The notes under the pieces are model-generated. The model was not told the origin of the DNA and made no database searches. It was given only the letters and a program-made list of their open reading frames with translations. Made by a program: the position numbers and the translations under genes. Shown in pieces: positions 27,352-36,013 of a stretch of DNA of 64,000 nucleotides (position 1 is the first letter of the stretch; each line of letters begins with the position of its first letter). The DNA is from an uncultured Verrucomicrobiota bacterium. GTDB taxonomy: Bacteria > Verrucomicrobiota > Kiritimatiellia > PWTM01. The DNA lies in the NCBI GenBank assembly GCA_964402695.1, contig CAYODK010000001.1:12702-76701 (forward strand), given 5' to 3'.

Positions 27352-30300
27352 AGCGAATCATCCTGGGGGCGGGGCTGGCGGCGATGGCGTGGGCCGGCGG
27401 CGCGGGCGCGGCGGACAACGGCTGCCGGCGGACGACGGTCTTCGAGAGCGGCAGGGACGGCTACAACACGTACCGGATCCCGTCGATCGTCGCGACGGCG
27501 AAGGGCACGCTGCTCGCGTTCTGCGAGGGGCGGCGCCACGGCAGCGGCGACGCGGGCGACATCGACCTGCTGCTGAAGCGCTCCACCGACGGCGGGGCGA
27601 CGTGGTCGGCCGCGCAGGTCGTCTGGGACGACGGCGCCAACACCTGCGGCAACCCGTGCGCGGTGGTCGATGGCGCGTCGGGCACCGTCCGCCTGCTCCT
27701 GACCTGGAACCGCGGCGACGACCGCGAGTCGCAGATCATCGACGGCACAAGCAAGGACACGCGGCGCGTGTTCGTGACGTCCTCGAAGGACGACGGCCGC
27801 ACGTGGGACAAGCCGCGCGAGATCACGGCGGACGTGAAGAAGACCAACTGGACCTGGTACGCGACCGGTCCCGGCGCGGGGATCCAGATGGAGCAGGGGC
27901 CGCACAAGGGCCGGCTCGTGATCCCGTGCGACCACATCAAGGCGGGCACGAAGGCGTACGATTCGCATGTGCTGCTCTCCAACGACGGCGGCGCGACGTG
28001 GTGGCTCGGCGGATCCACGGTCCACGGCAAGGTCAACGAGTGCGAGGTCGCCGAACTGCCCGGCGGCCGGCTGATGCTCAACATGCGCAACTACGACCGC
28101 GCGCAGAAGGTGCGGCGGGTTGCGTTCAGCGACGACTGGGGGGCGACGTGGGGCAAGGTCGGGGCCGACGAGGCGCTGATCGAACCGGTCTGCCAGGCCA
28201 GCCTGCGGCGGATCGCGTGGGGCGCGGACGGCAAGGAGGGGCTGCTCGCGTTCTCGAACCCTGCGAGCACCTCCGGCCGGGTCAACATGGCGGTGAGGCT
28301 CAGCCGCGACGGCGGCCGCACGTGGCCGGCCCTGCGGACGCTGCACGCGGGTCCGGCGGCCTACTCGTGCCTCGTCGCGCTGCCCGGCGGCGACATTGGC
28401 TGCCTCTACGAGGCGGGGGCGCGGAGCCCGTACGAGTCGATCGTCTTCGCGCGCTTCACGCCGGCGTGGGTCGACGAGGGGCGCATGGACGTCATCCGCC
28501 GGCAGCCCGGCTACGTGTCCTCCGAGTTCATCTACGAGTCCGCGCCGTTCCCTTCGTGCCACGCATCGACCGTCATCGAGACGGGCGACGGCGCCCTCGC
28601 CGCGGCGTGGTTCGGGGGAACGGCGGAGAAGAACCCCGACGTGTGCATCTACGTCGCGCGCCGCGAGGCCGGGCGGTGGACCGCGCCCGTCGAGGTCGCC
28701 AACGGCGTGCAGGCCGACGGCACGCGCCATCCCTGCTGGAACCCGGTTCTGTTCCAGCCGCGGGGTGGGCCGCTGATGCTCTTCTACAAGGTCGGCCCCG
28801 ACCCGCGCACGTGGTGGGGCATGCTGCGGACCTCGACCGACGGCGCCCGCACGTGGAGTGACGCGCGCCGTCTGCCCGACGGCATCCTCGGTCCGATCAA
28901 GAACAAGCCGGTGCAGCTCGCCAGCGGCGACATCCTCGCGCCGACCAGCAGCGAGCACGACGGATGGCGCGTCCACTTCGAGCGCAGCGCCGACGGCGGC
29001 GCGACGTGGGCCGCCACGCCCGCGATCAACGACGGCAGGGAGATCGGCGCGATCCAGCCGAGCATCCTCTTCCCCGGCGGCGACCGGCTCCTCGCGGTCG
29101 GCCGCACGCGGCAGGCGAAGGTTTTCCGGATCGAGTCCGCCGACCTCGGGAAGACCTGGGGGACGATGACGCTCACCGACCTGCCCAACCCGAACTCGGG
29201 GACGGATGCGGTGACGTTGAAGGACGGCCGGCATCTGCTGGTCTACAACCACACCGCGAAGGGGCGCTCGCCGCTCAACGTCGCGGTCTCGTCCGACGGC
29301 GCGACGTGGAAGCACGCGCTCACCCTCGAGGACGAGCCGCGGGCGGAGTTCAGCTACCCCGCCGTCATCCAGGCGCGCGACGGCCTCGTCCACATCACCT
29401 ACACGTGGAAGCGGCAGAAGGTGCGGCACGTCGTGGTCGACCCGGCGAAGCTGCAACTGACCGACATCCCCGGGCCGCCGAACCTGGCGGTCAAGGGCCG
29501 CGGCTGGACCTTCGCGAAGCTGGCCAACGGGGAGAAGGCGTTCTCGAACCGGCCCTACGTCTGGGACGGCGTGCCGGCGGCGTTCCGCGACTGGCGGATC
29601 ACGCAGATCGCGGGCGGCGAGCCGTACGAGACCCGCGTGACGGCGCGGAATGCGACGCGGATCCATGCGGCCATGGTTTCGTCGAAGAGCGCGACGGCGT
29701 TCTCGGGGTGGACGATGGAAGACGGGGTCGAGTTCCGCTACACCGACGGCGGCAAGACGCGCATGCAGGTGTGGTCGCGCGAGCTGAAGGCGGACGAGGA
29801 GGTCGCGCTGCCCAAGGGCGGCTGGGCGGGGACGCTGCTGATGGTGCCGCCGGACGCGAAGGTCACCGTCACCGAGGCGCCGCTGCCGTCGGCGCAGACG
29901 CTGACTCGGCTGCCATACAACAACCCCGGGCTCGTCGTCGATCTCGGCGTCGGCCTGTGGGCCTGGCCGCTGCCGGTCGACTACGACGGCGACGGCGACC
30001 TCGACCTCGTCGTCAACTGCCCCGACAAGCCCTACAACGGGCTCTACTTCTCCCCTAAGCCGGGGGGGGGGCAGGTGCGTTCGTCGGCCGGGCGCGCACC
30101 CAACGATTTGGGGCAGACAGGAGTGTCTGCCCCACGGGGGGGGGTGGGGCAGGCACTCCTGCCTGCCCGGAGTCAGCCCCAGATAGAGGGGTCTGCCCCG
30201 CTGCCGGTCTTCAAGCCCGGACGACGGGTCAGCAAGGGCATGCAGAACGTCCAGATCAGCACCGTCGACGGCAGGCCGCGCGTGCTGTCGCCGGGGACGG

Positions 30301-31958
30301 AGCACCCGGACTTCCTCAAGACGGGTCTCGAGAACGGCGTGAAGCTGCCGCTTCCGGCGAACATCCATCCGAACAAGGTTCGCGCGAACATGTGGCGCAT
30401 CGTCGACTACGACGGCGACGGCGCGCAGGACCTCGTTGTCGGCGTCGGCGACTGGACCGACTACGGCTGGGACAACGCGTACACGGCGGACGGGACGTGG
30501 ACGAACGGTCCGCTGCGCGGCTTCGTTTACGTTGCGCGAAACAAGGGCACGACGGCGAAGCCGGACTACGAGGCGCCCGTGAAGGTGGAGGCTGCGGGCA
30601 AGGCCGTCGAGGTGTTCGGCTGGCCCTCGCCGAACTTCGCGGATTGGGACGGCGACGGCGATCTCGACCTTCTCTGCGGCGAGTTCCTCGACGGGTTCAC
30701 CTACTTCGAGAACCAGGGGACGCGCAAGGCCCCGGCGTACGCCGCCGGCCGGCGAGTACGGACGCCGGATGGGAAGCCGCTGGCAATGGACCTGCAGATG
30801 ATCACGCCGACGGCGATCGACTGGGACGGGGACGGCGACCAGGACCTGATCGTCGGCGACGAGGACGGCCGCGTGGCGTTCGTCGAGAACGTGAGCGACG
30901 TGGGGCAGACACTCCTGTCTGCCCCAAACCGGACCCCTTCCGTGGCGCAGGACGGGGCAGACAAGAGTGTCTGCCCCACGACGCCGGGTTTCCTCCCCCC
31001 CCGCTACTTCCGGCAGGAGGCGGAGAGCGTGAAGTTCGGCGCGCTCGCGACGCCGTGCGGGTTCGACTGGGACGGCGACGGCGACACCGACATCGTCAGC
31101 GGCAACACGGCCGGCTACATCGCGTTCATCGAAAACCTGAGCGGCCCGAAGGTGGCGACGCCGAAATGGGCGGAGCCGGAGTATCTCGAGGCCGATGGCA
31201 GGATCCTCCGCATCATGGCCGGCCCCAACGGCAGCATCCAGGGGCCGTGCGAGGCAAAGTGGGGCTACACGACGCAGACAGTCGCGGATTGGGACGGCGA
31301 CGGCCTGCCGGACATTGTCGCCAACTCGATCCTCGGCAAGGTGCACTGGTATCGCAACACCGGCACGCGGACGTCGCCGAAGCTCGCGGCGGCGCAGCCG
31401 GTCGAGGTCGAGTGGAACGGTCCGCAGCCCGCGCTGGCCTACGGCTGGCTGCGCCCTCAGGGCAAGGCGCTGCTGACGCAGTGGCGCACGACGCCGGTCG
31501 CGGTGGACTGGAACCGCGACGGCCTGACCGACCTTGTGATGCTCGACCAGGAGGGCTACCTCGCCTTCTTCCAGCGCGCGCGGCGCGACGGCCGGCTGGT
31601 GCTGCTGCATCCGCGGCGCGCGTTCTGCGACGACACCGGCGCGGCGCTGCGGATGAACGCGGGGATCGCGGGGCGGAGCGGGCGGCGGAAGCTGTGCGTC
31701 GTCGACTGGGACGGCGACGGGAAGCTCGACATCCTCGCCAACGCCGCCAACGCGCGGTTTCACCGGCAGGTCGGAGAGAAGGACGGCACGTGGCTTTTCA
31801 AGGACATGGGCCTGCTCGTCGAGCACAACATCGAGGGCCACGACGTGAGCCCGACGGTCGTCGATTTCGACGGCAACGGCATCCCCGACTTCCTCGGCGG
31901 CGCCGAAGACGGCCACTTCTACTTCCTCCCCAATCCCCGCGCCCACCTGATGCGCTGA
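27348..31958 (+). CDS. giant exo-alpha-sialidase (GH33) plus second BNR/sialidase-like domain plus beta-sandwich plus FG-GAP/VCBS repeat domain
   Basis: ATG 27348 (ATGA overlap) gives MKRIILGAGLAAMAWAGGAGA signal. YRIPSI (RIP motif) and five Asp-boxes (STDGGATWS, SKDDGRTWD, SNDGGATWW, SDDWGATWG, SRDGGRTWP). A second BNR set follows (STDGARTWS, SADGGATWA, ADLGKTWG, SSDGATWK). Then nine DxDGDGxxD FG-GAP/VCBS repeats. This is the in-frame part of track ORF 25491..31958. Confidence 0.7.
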   Translation: MKRIILGAGLAAMAWAGGAGAADNGCRRTTVFESGRDGYNTYRIPSIVATAKGTLLAFCEGRRHGSGDAGDIDLLLKRSTDGGATWSAAQVVWDDGANTCGNPCAVVDGASGTVRLLLTWNRGDDRESQIIDGTSKDTRRVFVTSSKDDGRTWDKPREITADVKKTNWTWYATGPGAGIQMEQGPHKGRLVIPCDHIKAGTKAYDSHVLLSNDGGATWWLGGSTVHGKVNECEVAELPGGRLMLNMRNYDRAQKVRRVAFSDDWGATWGKVGADEALIEPVCQASLRRIAWGADGKEGLLAFSNPASTSGRVNMAVRLSRDGGRTWPALRTLHAGPAAYSCLVALPGGDIGCLYEAGARSPYESIVFARFTPAWVDEGRMDVIRRQPGYVSSEFIYESAPFPSCHASTVIETGDGALAAAWFGGTAEKNPDVCIYVARREAGRWTAPVEVANGVQADGTRHPCWNPVLFQPRGGPLMLFYKVGPDPRTWWGMLRTSTDGARTWSDARRLPDGILGPIKNKPVQLASGDILAPTSSEHDGWRVHFERSADGGATWAATPAINDGREIGAIQPSILFPGGDRLLAVGRTRQAKVFRIESADLGKTWGTMTLTDLPNPNSGTDAVTLKDGRHLLVYNHTAKGRSPLNVAVSSDGATWKHALTLEDEPRAEFSYPAVIQARDGLVHITYTWKRQKVRHVVVDPAKLQLTDIPGPPNLAVKGRGWTFAKLANGEKAFSNRPYVWDGVPAAFRDWRITQIAGGEPYETRVTARNATRIHAAMVSSKSATAFSGWTMEDGVEFRYTDGGKTRMQVWSRELKADEEVALPKGGWAGTLLMVPPDAKVTVTEAPLPSAQTLTRLPYNNPGLVVDLGVGLWAWPLPVDYDGDGDLDLVVNCPDKPYNGLYFSPKPGGGQVRSSAGRAPNDLGQTGVSAPRGGVGQALLPARSQPQIEGSAPLPVFKPGRRVSKGMQNVQISTVDGRPRVLSPGTEHPDFLKTGLENGVKLPLPANIHPNKVRANMWRIVDYDGDGAQDLVVGVGDWTDYGWDNAYTADGTWTNGPLRGFVYVARNKGTTAKPDYEAPVKVEAAGKAVEVFGWPSPNFADWDGDGDLDLLCGEFLDGFTYFENQGTRKAPAYAAGRRVRTPDGKPLAMDLQMITPTAIDWDGDGDQDLIVGDEDGRVAFVENVSDVGQTLLSAPNRTPSVAQDGADKSVCPTTPGFLPPRYFRQEAESVKFGALATPCGFDWDGDGDTDIVSGNTAGYIAFIENLSGPKVATPKWAEPEYLEADGRILRIMAGPNGSIQGPCEAKWGYTTQTVADWDGDGLPDIVANSILGKVHWYRNTGTRTSPKLAAAQPVEVEWNGPQPALAYGWLRPQGKALLTQWRTTPVAVDWNRDGLTDLVMLDQEGYLAFFQRARRDGRLVLLHPRRAFCDDTGAALRMNAGIAGRSGRRKLCVVDWDGDGKLDILANAANARFHRQVGEKDGTWLFKDMGLLVEHNIEGHDVSPTVVDFDGNGIPDFLGGAEDGHFYFLPNPRAHLMR
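30062..30071. repeat. homopolymeric G10 tract inside the coding sequence
   Basis: ccggggggggggcagg; a second G9 tract lies at ~30136-30144 and a C8 tract at ~30995-31002. Confidence 0.8.
30110..30168. repeat. pair of 24-nt palindromic hairpins GGGGCAGACA-N4-TGTCTGCCCC and GGGGCAGGCA-N4-TGCCTGCCC inside the sialidase gene
   Basis: ggggcagacaggagtgtctgcccc (30110-30133) and ggggcaggcactcctgcctgccc (30146-30168), both translated in-frame (GQT...SAP). Confidence 0.8.
30902..30977. repeat. second pair of the same palindromic hairpins, 0.8 kb downstream in the same gene
   Basis: ggggcagacactcctgtctgcccc (30902-30925) and ggggcagacaagagtgtctgcccc (30954-30977). Confidence 0.8.
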
Positions 31959-31970
31959 TAAGAAGAGGAC

Positions 31971-32922
31971 GACAACCGAATGGGGACAACCGAATGATGA
32001 GGGAAGTAGGACAAGGTTGGTAGCGCTGGAAAGAGGCTGTTGACGATGTCGATTCAGTGTTCCATTCCGGTGCGAGACTTGAGCAAGGGCGAGTTCGACG
32101 AACGCGACGCCGTCGTGATGCGCTGCGCCTATGCATCCCAGAACTGCCTGGGAAGGCTCTGCGACGAGCAGGTCTATGAGAATGATCTGGCATTGCGCCT
32201 GAAAGCCGAGGGATTCTGCGAGATTCACACGCAGGTGCCGGTTGTCGTCACTCATGAGGGGTTTGAGAAGACCTATCGATTGGACCTCCTGGCCGACGAT
32301 GCGCTGTACGAGTTGAAGACGGTTGCGGCGCTGACCGCCGAGCATGACGCCCAATCGTTGCACTACGCCATGCTGCTGGGAGTCCGGCATTCGAAACTGC
32401 TGAACTTCAGGACGCCAAGGGTGCAGGGGCGGTTGAGATTCAACGCGATCGATCCAAGCCAAAGGATGAGGGTTACGTGGAGTACTTCGAAGTGGTGTCC
32501 GCTGTCCGATTCATGCGTTCACCTTAAAGAGTGGATTCAGGCCATGGTCTCCGACTGGGGCGCCTTTCTGGACTCCCACCTGTACGAAGAGGCGTTGATC
32601 CACTTCTGCGGCGGCGAGTTGAACTGCGTTCGCCGCGTGCCGGTGCTCCGAGAAGGTCGGCAACTGGGCACGCAGAGGGTCCAATGTCATGACGATGGCC
32701 TCTGCTTCCTCGTGACCGCCATGACGGCCGATGTTGAGCGATTTGCGGGGCATCTCCAACGCCTGCTTGCATTGACCCGGCAGCGCGGAATGCAATGGAT
32801 GAATCTCGATCGCGAACGTGTCCATCTGAACACCATTCGTCCCGAGGAAGTACATAGGACTTCATCATGAACAGGCATCATCCCTCCCTTCGGCACTATT
32901 CGGTTGTCCCCATTCGGTTGTC
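31971..32922. mobile_element. ~0.95-kb low-GC cassette with perfect 25-bp terminal inverted repeats carrying one PD-(D/E)XK-family gene
   Basis: Left TIR gacaaccgaatggggacaaccgaat at 31971-31995. Right TIR attcggttgtccccattcggttgtc at ~32898-32922 is its exact reverse complement. The interior is visibly AT-richer than its flanks. Confidence 0.7.
32040..32870 (+). CDS. GxxExxY / PDDEXK_3 (PD-(D/E)XK nuclease-like) family protein with extra C-terminal domain
   Basis: EQVYENDLALRLKAEGF...VPVVVTHEGFEKTYRLDLLADDALYELKTVAALTAEHDAQSLHYAMLLGVRHSKLLNF matches the GxxExxY family pattern; TTG start per the track, first ATG at 32046. Confidence 0.65.
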   Translation: MTMSIQCSIPVRDLSKGEFDERDAVVMRCAYASQNCLGRLCDEQVYENDLALRLKAEGFCEIHTQVPVVVTHEGFEKTYRLDLLADDALYELKTVAALTAEHDAQSLHYAMLLGVRHSKLLNFRTPRVQGRLRFNAIDPSQRMRVTWSTSKWCPLSDSCVHLKEWIQAMVSDWGAFLDSHLYEEALIHFCGGELNCVRRVPVLREGRQLGTQRVQCHDDGLCFLVTAMTADVERFAGHLQRLLALTRQRGMQWMNLDRERVHLNTIRPEEVHRTSS

Positions 32923-34120
32923 ATTCCGTTCGGCTGCCGCCGCTCTTTTCGCGGTGGCGTCTTCATCGGTCGCGGCGGAGGCTCCCCGGGCATCCGGGAC
33001 GAACATCACCAACCACGCCGAGTGGAGGAACGGGCGGCCGGTCGGTCTGCCGGGGGCGGTGACGGCGAGGGTCGAGACAGCCTTCGTCTACCGGCCCGAC
33101 GCCGACTCCGCGTGGGCCTACTCGCATCACCAGAGCCTCGCATGGTTCACGGGCCGCTGGTTCGCGATCTGGTCCAACGGCCGCGTGAACGAGGACGACC
33201 GCGGGCAGCGCGTGCTGCTCTCGACCTCGAAGGACTTCCTGACCTGGTCCGAGCCCCGCCCGCTCGCCGTGCCCGACCGCGACGGCTCCGGCGGGGAGCG
33301 CGTGCTGACCGCGGCCGGCTTCCACGAGCACGACGGCACGCTCGTCGCCTATTTCGGCAACTACGGCTTCCGCAAGGAGACCACGCACCTGCAGGCCGTG
33401 ACGACGACGGACGGCGACCGCTGGAGCGAGCCGCTCGAGATCGGCGTCCCCGTGAACCCGAACCACGGGCCGCAGCGGACCGCGTCCGGCCGGCTCATCA
33501 TCAGCGGCAACATCTCGTTCCCATGGACCGACGACCCCGCCGGCCTCACCGGCTGGCGCATGACCGGGATCCATCCCGCGAGCCTCAACTTCACCATCAA
33601 GGACGATCCATCCTCCTTCCACGACCTCGCGACGATGCAGGGCTGGCCGGCCGGGCTGTGCGAGGGCTCGTTCTACCAGACCGACGACCGCGTCCTCCAC
33701 ATGCTCCTGCGCAGCACCGGCCGCCCGCACGACGGCCGCCTGTGGATCAGCGAGAGCCGCGACGACGGCGCGACGTGGTCCGCGCCCGTCCCGACCGCGT
33801 TCAGCGACACCAATGCCAAGTTCCACTTCGGCCGCCTGCCCGACGGCCGCTTCTTCTACGTCGGCAACCCGGTCGGCGGCGGCCGGATCCCGCTTGTTCT
33901 GTCGCTCTCGCGCGACGGCGCATCGTTCGACCGGCACTTCATCCTCGGCGCGACGCCGTACGAGAAGCGGAAGGCCGGAACGCACAAGGGCGGCCACTAC
34001 GGCTACCCGCACACGCTGGTCCGCGACGGCTTCCTCCACGTGATCGTCTCGCGCCAGAAGGAGGCGGTCGAGGTGCTGCGCGTGGCGCTGTCGGAACTGA
34101 ACGAAGAGAGGGCGCGATGA
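32867..34120 (+). CDS. BNR-repeat sialidase-like glycoside hydrolase
   Basis: Asp-box-like STSKDFLTWS, TTDGDRWS, SRDDGATWS, SRDGASFD. The first 18 codons are encoded by the right TIR of the upstream cassette; an in-frame TTG at ~32918 gives a cleaner signal peptide (LSFRSAAAALFAVASSSVAA). Confidence 0.65.
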   Translation: MNRHHPSLRHYSVVPIRLSFRSAAAALFAVASSSVAAEAPRASGTNITNHAEWRNGRPVGLPGAVTARVETAFVYRPDADSAWAYSHHQSLAWFTGRWFAIWSNGRVNEDDRGQRVLLSTSKDFLTWSEPRPLAVPDRDGSGGERVLTAAGFHEHDGTLVAYFGNYGFRKETTHLQAVTTTDGDRWSEPLEIGVPVNPNHGPQRTASGRLIISGNISFPWTDDPAGLTGWRMTGIHPASLNFTIKDDPSSFHDLATMQGWPAGLCEGSFYQTDDRVLHMLLRSTGRPHDGRLWISESRDDGATWSAPVPTAFSDTNAKFHFGRLPDGRFFYVGNPVGGGRIPLVLSLSRDGASFDRHFILGATPYEKRKAGTHKGGHYGYPHTLVRDGFLHVIVSRQKEAVEVLRVALSELNEERAR

Positions 34121-34143
34121 GGGCAAGGATCGTGTGCGCCAGA

Positions 34144-34264
34144 GCCGCGACCAGCGGTCGCGGCTGCAGAAGAGGAACGCGAGGCATGTCCGACTGTAGC
34201 CGCGACGGGTCGTCGCGGCGACCTTGCCTCTACGAACGTACTGCCGCGACCAGCGGTCGCGGCC
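34144..34264. promoter_or_regulatory. three tandem copies of palindrome GCCGCGACC-N3-GGTCGCGGC upstream of FAD oxidoreductase 3
   Basis: Copies at 34144-34164, 34199-34219 and 34244-34264; the same palindrome is also at 23727, 23782 and 27227. Confidence 0.6.
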
Positions 34265-34277
34265 ACAGGGGACTCCG

Positions 34278-35663
34278 ATGACAACCATGAACCGGCGGAA
34301 TGCGATCAAGGGTCTGGCGCTCGGCGCCGCGGCGGGGTGGGGGGCATCGGCACGCGCGGAGGCCGCGCCGTCACCGCGGGCGGCGAAGCCGGCGGCCTGG
34401 CCGGCCGTTGACGTGCTCGTGTGCGGCGGGGGCCCGGCGGGCATCGCGGCGGCGCTGATGGCGGCGCGCGCGGGACGGAAGACGCTGCTGGTCGAGCGCT
34501 ACGGCCGGCTCGGCGGCATGGCGGTCCAGGCGATGGTCGGCCCGCTGATGGGCAGTGTGCGCAGCGCGCGTGTCGACGAGATCCTCGCGGCTCTGGGCGG
34601 GCGCAACGTCGACTACGAGTTCATCGACCTGACGTACACGGAGCTCCTCGAGAAGGCCGGCTGCCGGATCCTGCTCCACGCGTGGGCCGCGGAGCCGCTG
34701 ATGGACGGCCGGCGCGTCGCCGGGGCGCGGCTGGTCACCAAGCAGGGGCCGATCGACGTGTCCGCGCGCGTGACGGTCGATGCGACCGGAGACGGCGACC
34801 TCGCGGCCGGCGCCGGCGCCGCGTTCGACCAGGGCCGCGACAAGGGGCCGACCTGGGAGGCCGACGGCCTCGTCCAGCCGATGACCATCATGTTCCGCGT
34901 CTCCGGCGTGAAGCACGAGGAGACGATGGAGGCCAACCGCGGCCGGAAGGCGTTCCGGACCGCCGACGGCCGCACGTGGAACCAGTTCTGCAAGGACTCG
35001 TGCCTCGCCGGCGACCTCCCGCCGAACGTCGGGATGCTGCGGACCTACCTGTCGCACCGGCCCGACCAGCGCGTGATCAACGCGACGCAGATCAACGGAG
35101 TCGACGGCACGAAGGTCGAGGACCTCACGCGGGCCGAGCTGGAGGCCCGCCGCCAGGTGCGGCGGGTGATGGACTTCCTCCGCAAGCACGCGCCGGGCTT
35201 CAAGGACGCCTACGTCAGCGGCATGCCCGCCGTCATCGGCGTGCGCGAGACGCGGCGCATCCGCGGCGTCGAGACGTTGACGGTCGACGACCTCTTCGCG
35301 GGCCGCACGTGGCCGACCGCGGTCGTGCGCGGGGCGTCGTTCCCGGTCGACATCCACAATCCGACCGGGATGGGGCAGGCGCAGGGCGTCTCCGCGGCCC
35401 ATCCGCTCGGCAAGGACCCGAAGGTGAAGCCCTACGAGATCCCGTACGGCTGCCTCGTCCCGCGCGAGACCGACGGCCTGCTCGTCGCCGGCCGCTGCAT
35501 CAGCGGCACGCACGAGGCGATGGCCTCCTTCCGCGTCCAGGTCATCGCGATGGGCATCGGCCTCGCCGCCGGAACCGCGGCGGCGCAGGCGGTCGCGCAG
35601 GGCGTCGAACCGCGCGCGGTCGACGTGGAGGCGGTGCGGAAGGTCGTGTTGGCGGAGGCGTAG
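34278..35663 (+). CDS. Tat-signal FAD-dependent oxidoreductase (PF12831-like), paralogue 3
   Basis: MTTMNRRNAIKGLALGAAAGWGASARA twin-Arg signal; DVLVCGGGPAGIAAALMAA Rossmann motif. Confidence 0.7.
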   Translation: MTTMNRRNAIKGLALGAAAGWGASARAEAAPSPRAAKPAAWPAVDVLVCGGGPAGIAAALMAARAGRKTLLVERYGRLGGMAVQAMVGPLMGSVRSARVDEILAALGGRNVDYEFIDLTYTELLEKAGCRILLHAWAAEPLMDGRRVAGARLVTKQGPIDVSARVTVDATGDGDLAAGAGAAFDQGRDKGPTWEADGLVQPMTIMFRVSGVKHEETMEANRGRKAFRTADGRTWNQFCKDSCLAGDLPPNVGMLRTYLSHRPDQRVINATQINGVDGTKVEDLTRAELEARRQVRRVMDFLRKHAPGFKDAYVSGMPAVIGVRETRRIRGVETLTVDDLFAGRTWPTAVVRGASFPVDIHNPTGMGQAQGVSAAHPLGKDPKVKPYEIPYGCLVPRETDGLLVAGRCISGTHEAMASFRVQVIAMGIGLAAGTAAAQAVAQGVEPRAVDVEAVRKVVLAEA

Positions 35664-35750
35664 GCGCATGAGGACGGCGGCCCCCCCTATCCCATACGAT
35701 CCGGTTCGGACCCGGGATGGGACGGGGTGTGAATGCGAGTCGTCCAGCAT

Positions 35751-35940
35751 GGAAGTGAGAAACTCCAAACTCCAAGGAAGTGGGAAGTGCAACGAAGGAG
35801 AAGGAGGGAAGTCCGGACGAGTCGCAGGTGGGGAACCGGTTCGTCGGAGTCCGGTGCTTTTCGAAACGGCCTTGGATTTCCACCCGGGGGCTCTCCGACT
35901 TCCCTTCTTCTTCCTTGGAGTTTGGAGTTTCCCTACTTCC
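35751..35940. repeat. second full MITE-like element (inverted arms GGAAGTGAGAAACTCCAAACTCCAAGGAAG)
   Basis: Left arm at 35751-35812; right arm gacttcccttcttcttccttggagtttggagtttccctacttcc at 35897-35940 is its reverse complement. Confidence 0.7.
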
Positions 35941-36013
35941 GGCTCGACGTCGACGGGTTCCCGTGAGAGACGATCAACCGCATTGCTCCGGCCCCGCTTC
36001 ACGAGGCGGGGTG

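Noticed and set aside
30050-30200. CRISPR array as an explanation for the repeated GGGGCAGACA…TGTCTGCCCC units
   Set aside because: There are only four short palindromic units with irregular 12-30 nt spacing, inside an open reading frame, with no cas genes. This pattern fits inserted palindromic elements, not CRISPR.
25491-31958. Track ORF of 2,155 aa read as one protein
   Set aside because: The first ~620 codons (25491-27347) are an Arg-rich out-of-frame read-through of FAD oxidoreductase paralogue 2, which is encoded in another frame (25531-27351). The real gene starts at ATG 27348 with a signal peptide.
26982-32462. 1,826-aa minus-strand ORF
   Set aside because: It is antisense to the sialidase/VCBS gene; Arg/Ala/Gly-rich with no domain signatures; the plus-strand product has clear GH33 and FG-GAP motifs.
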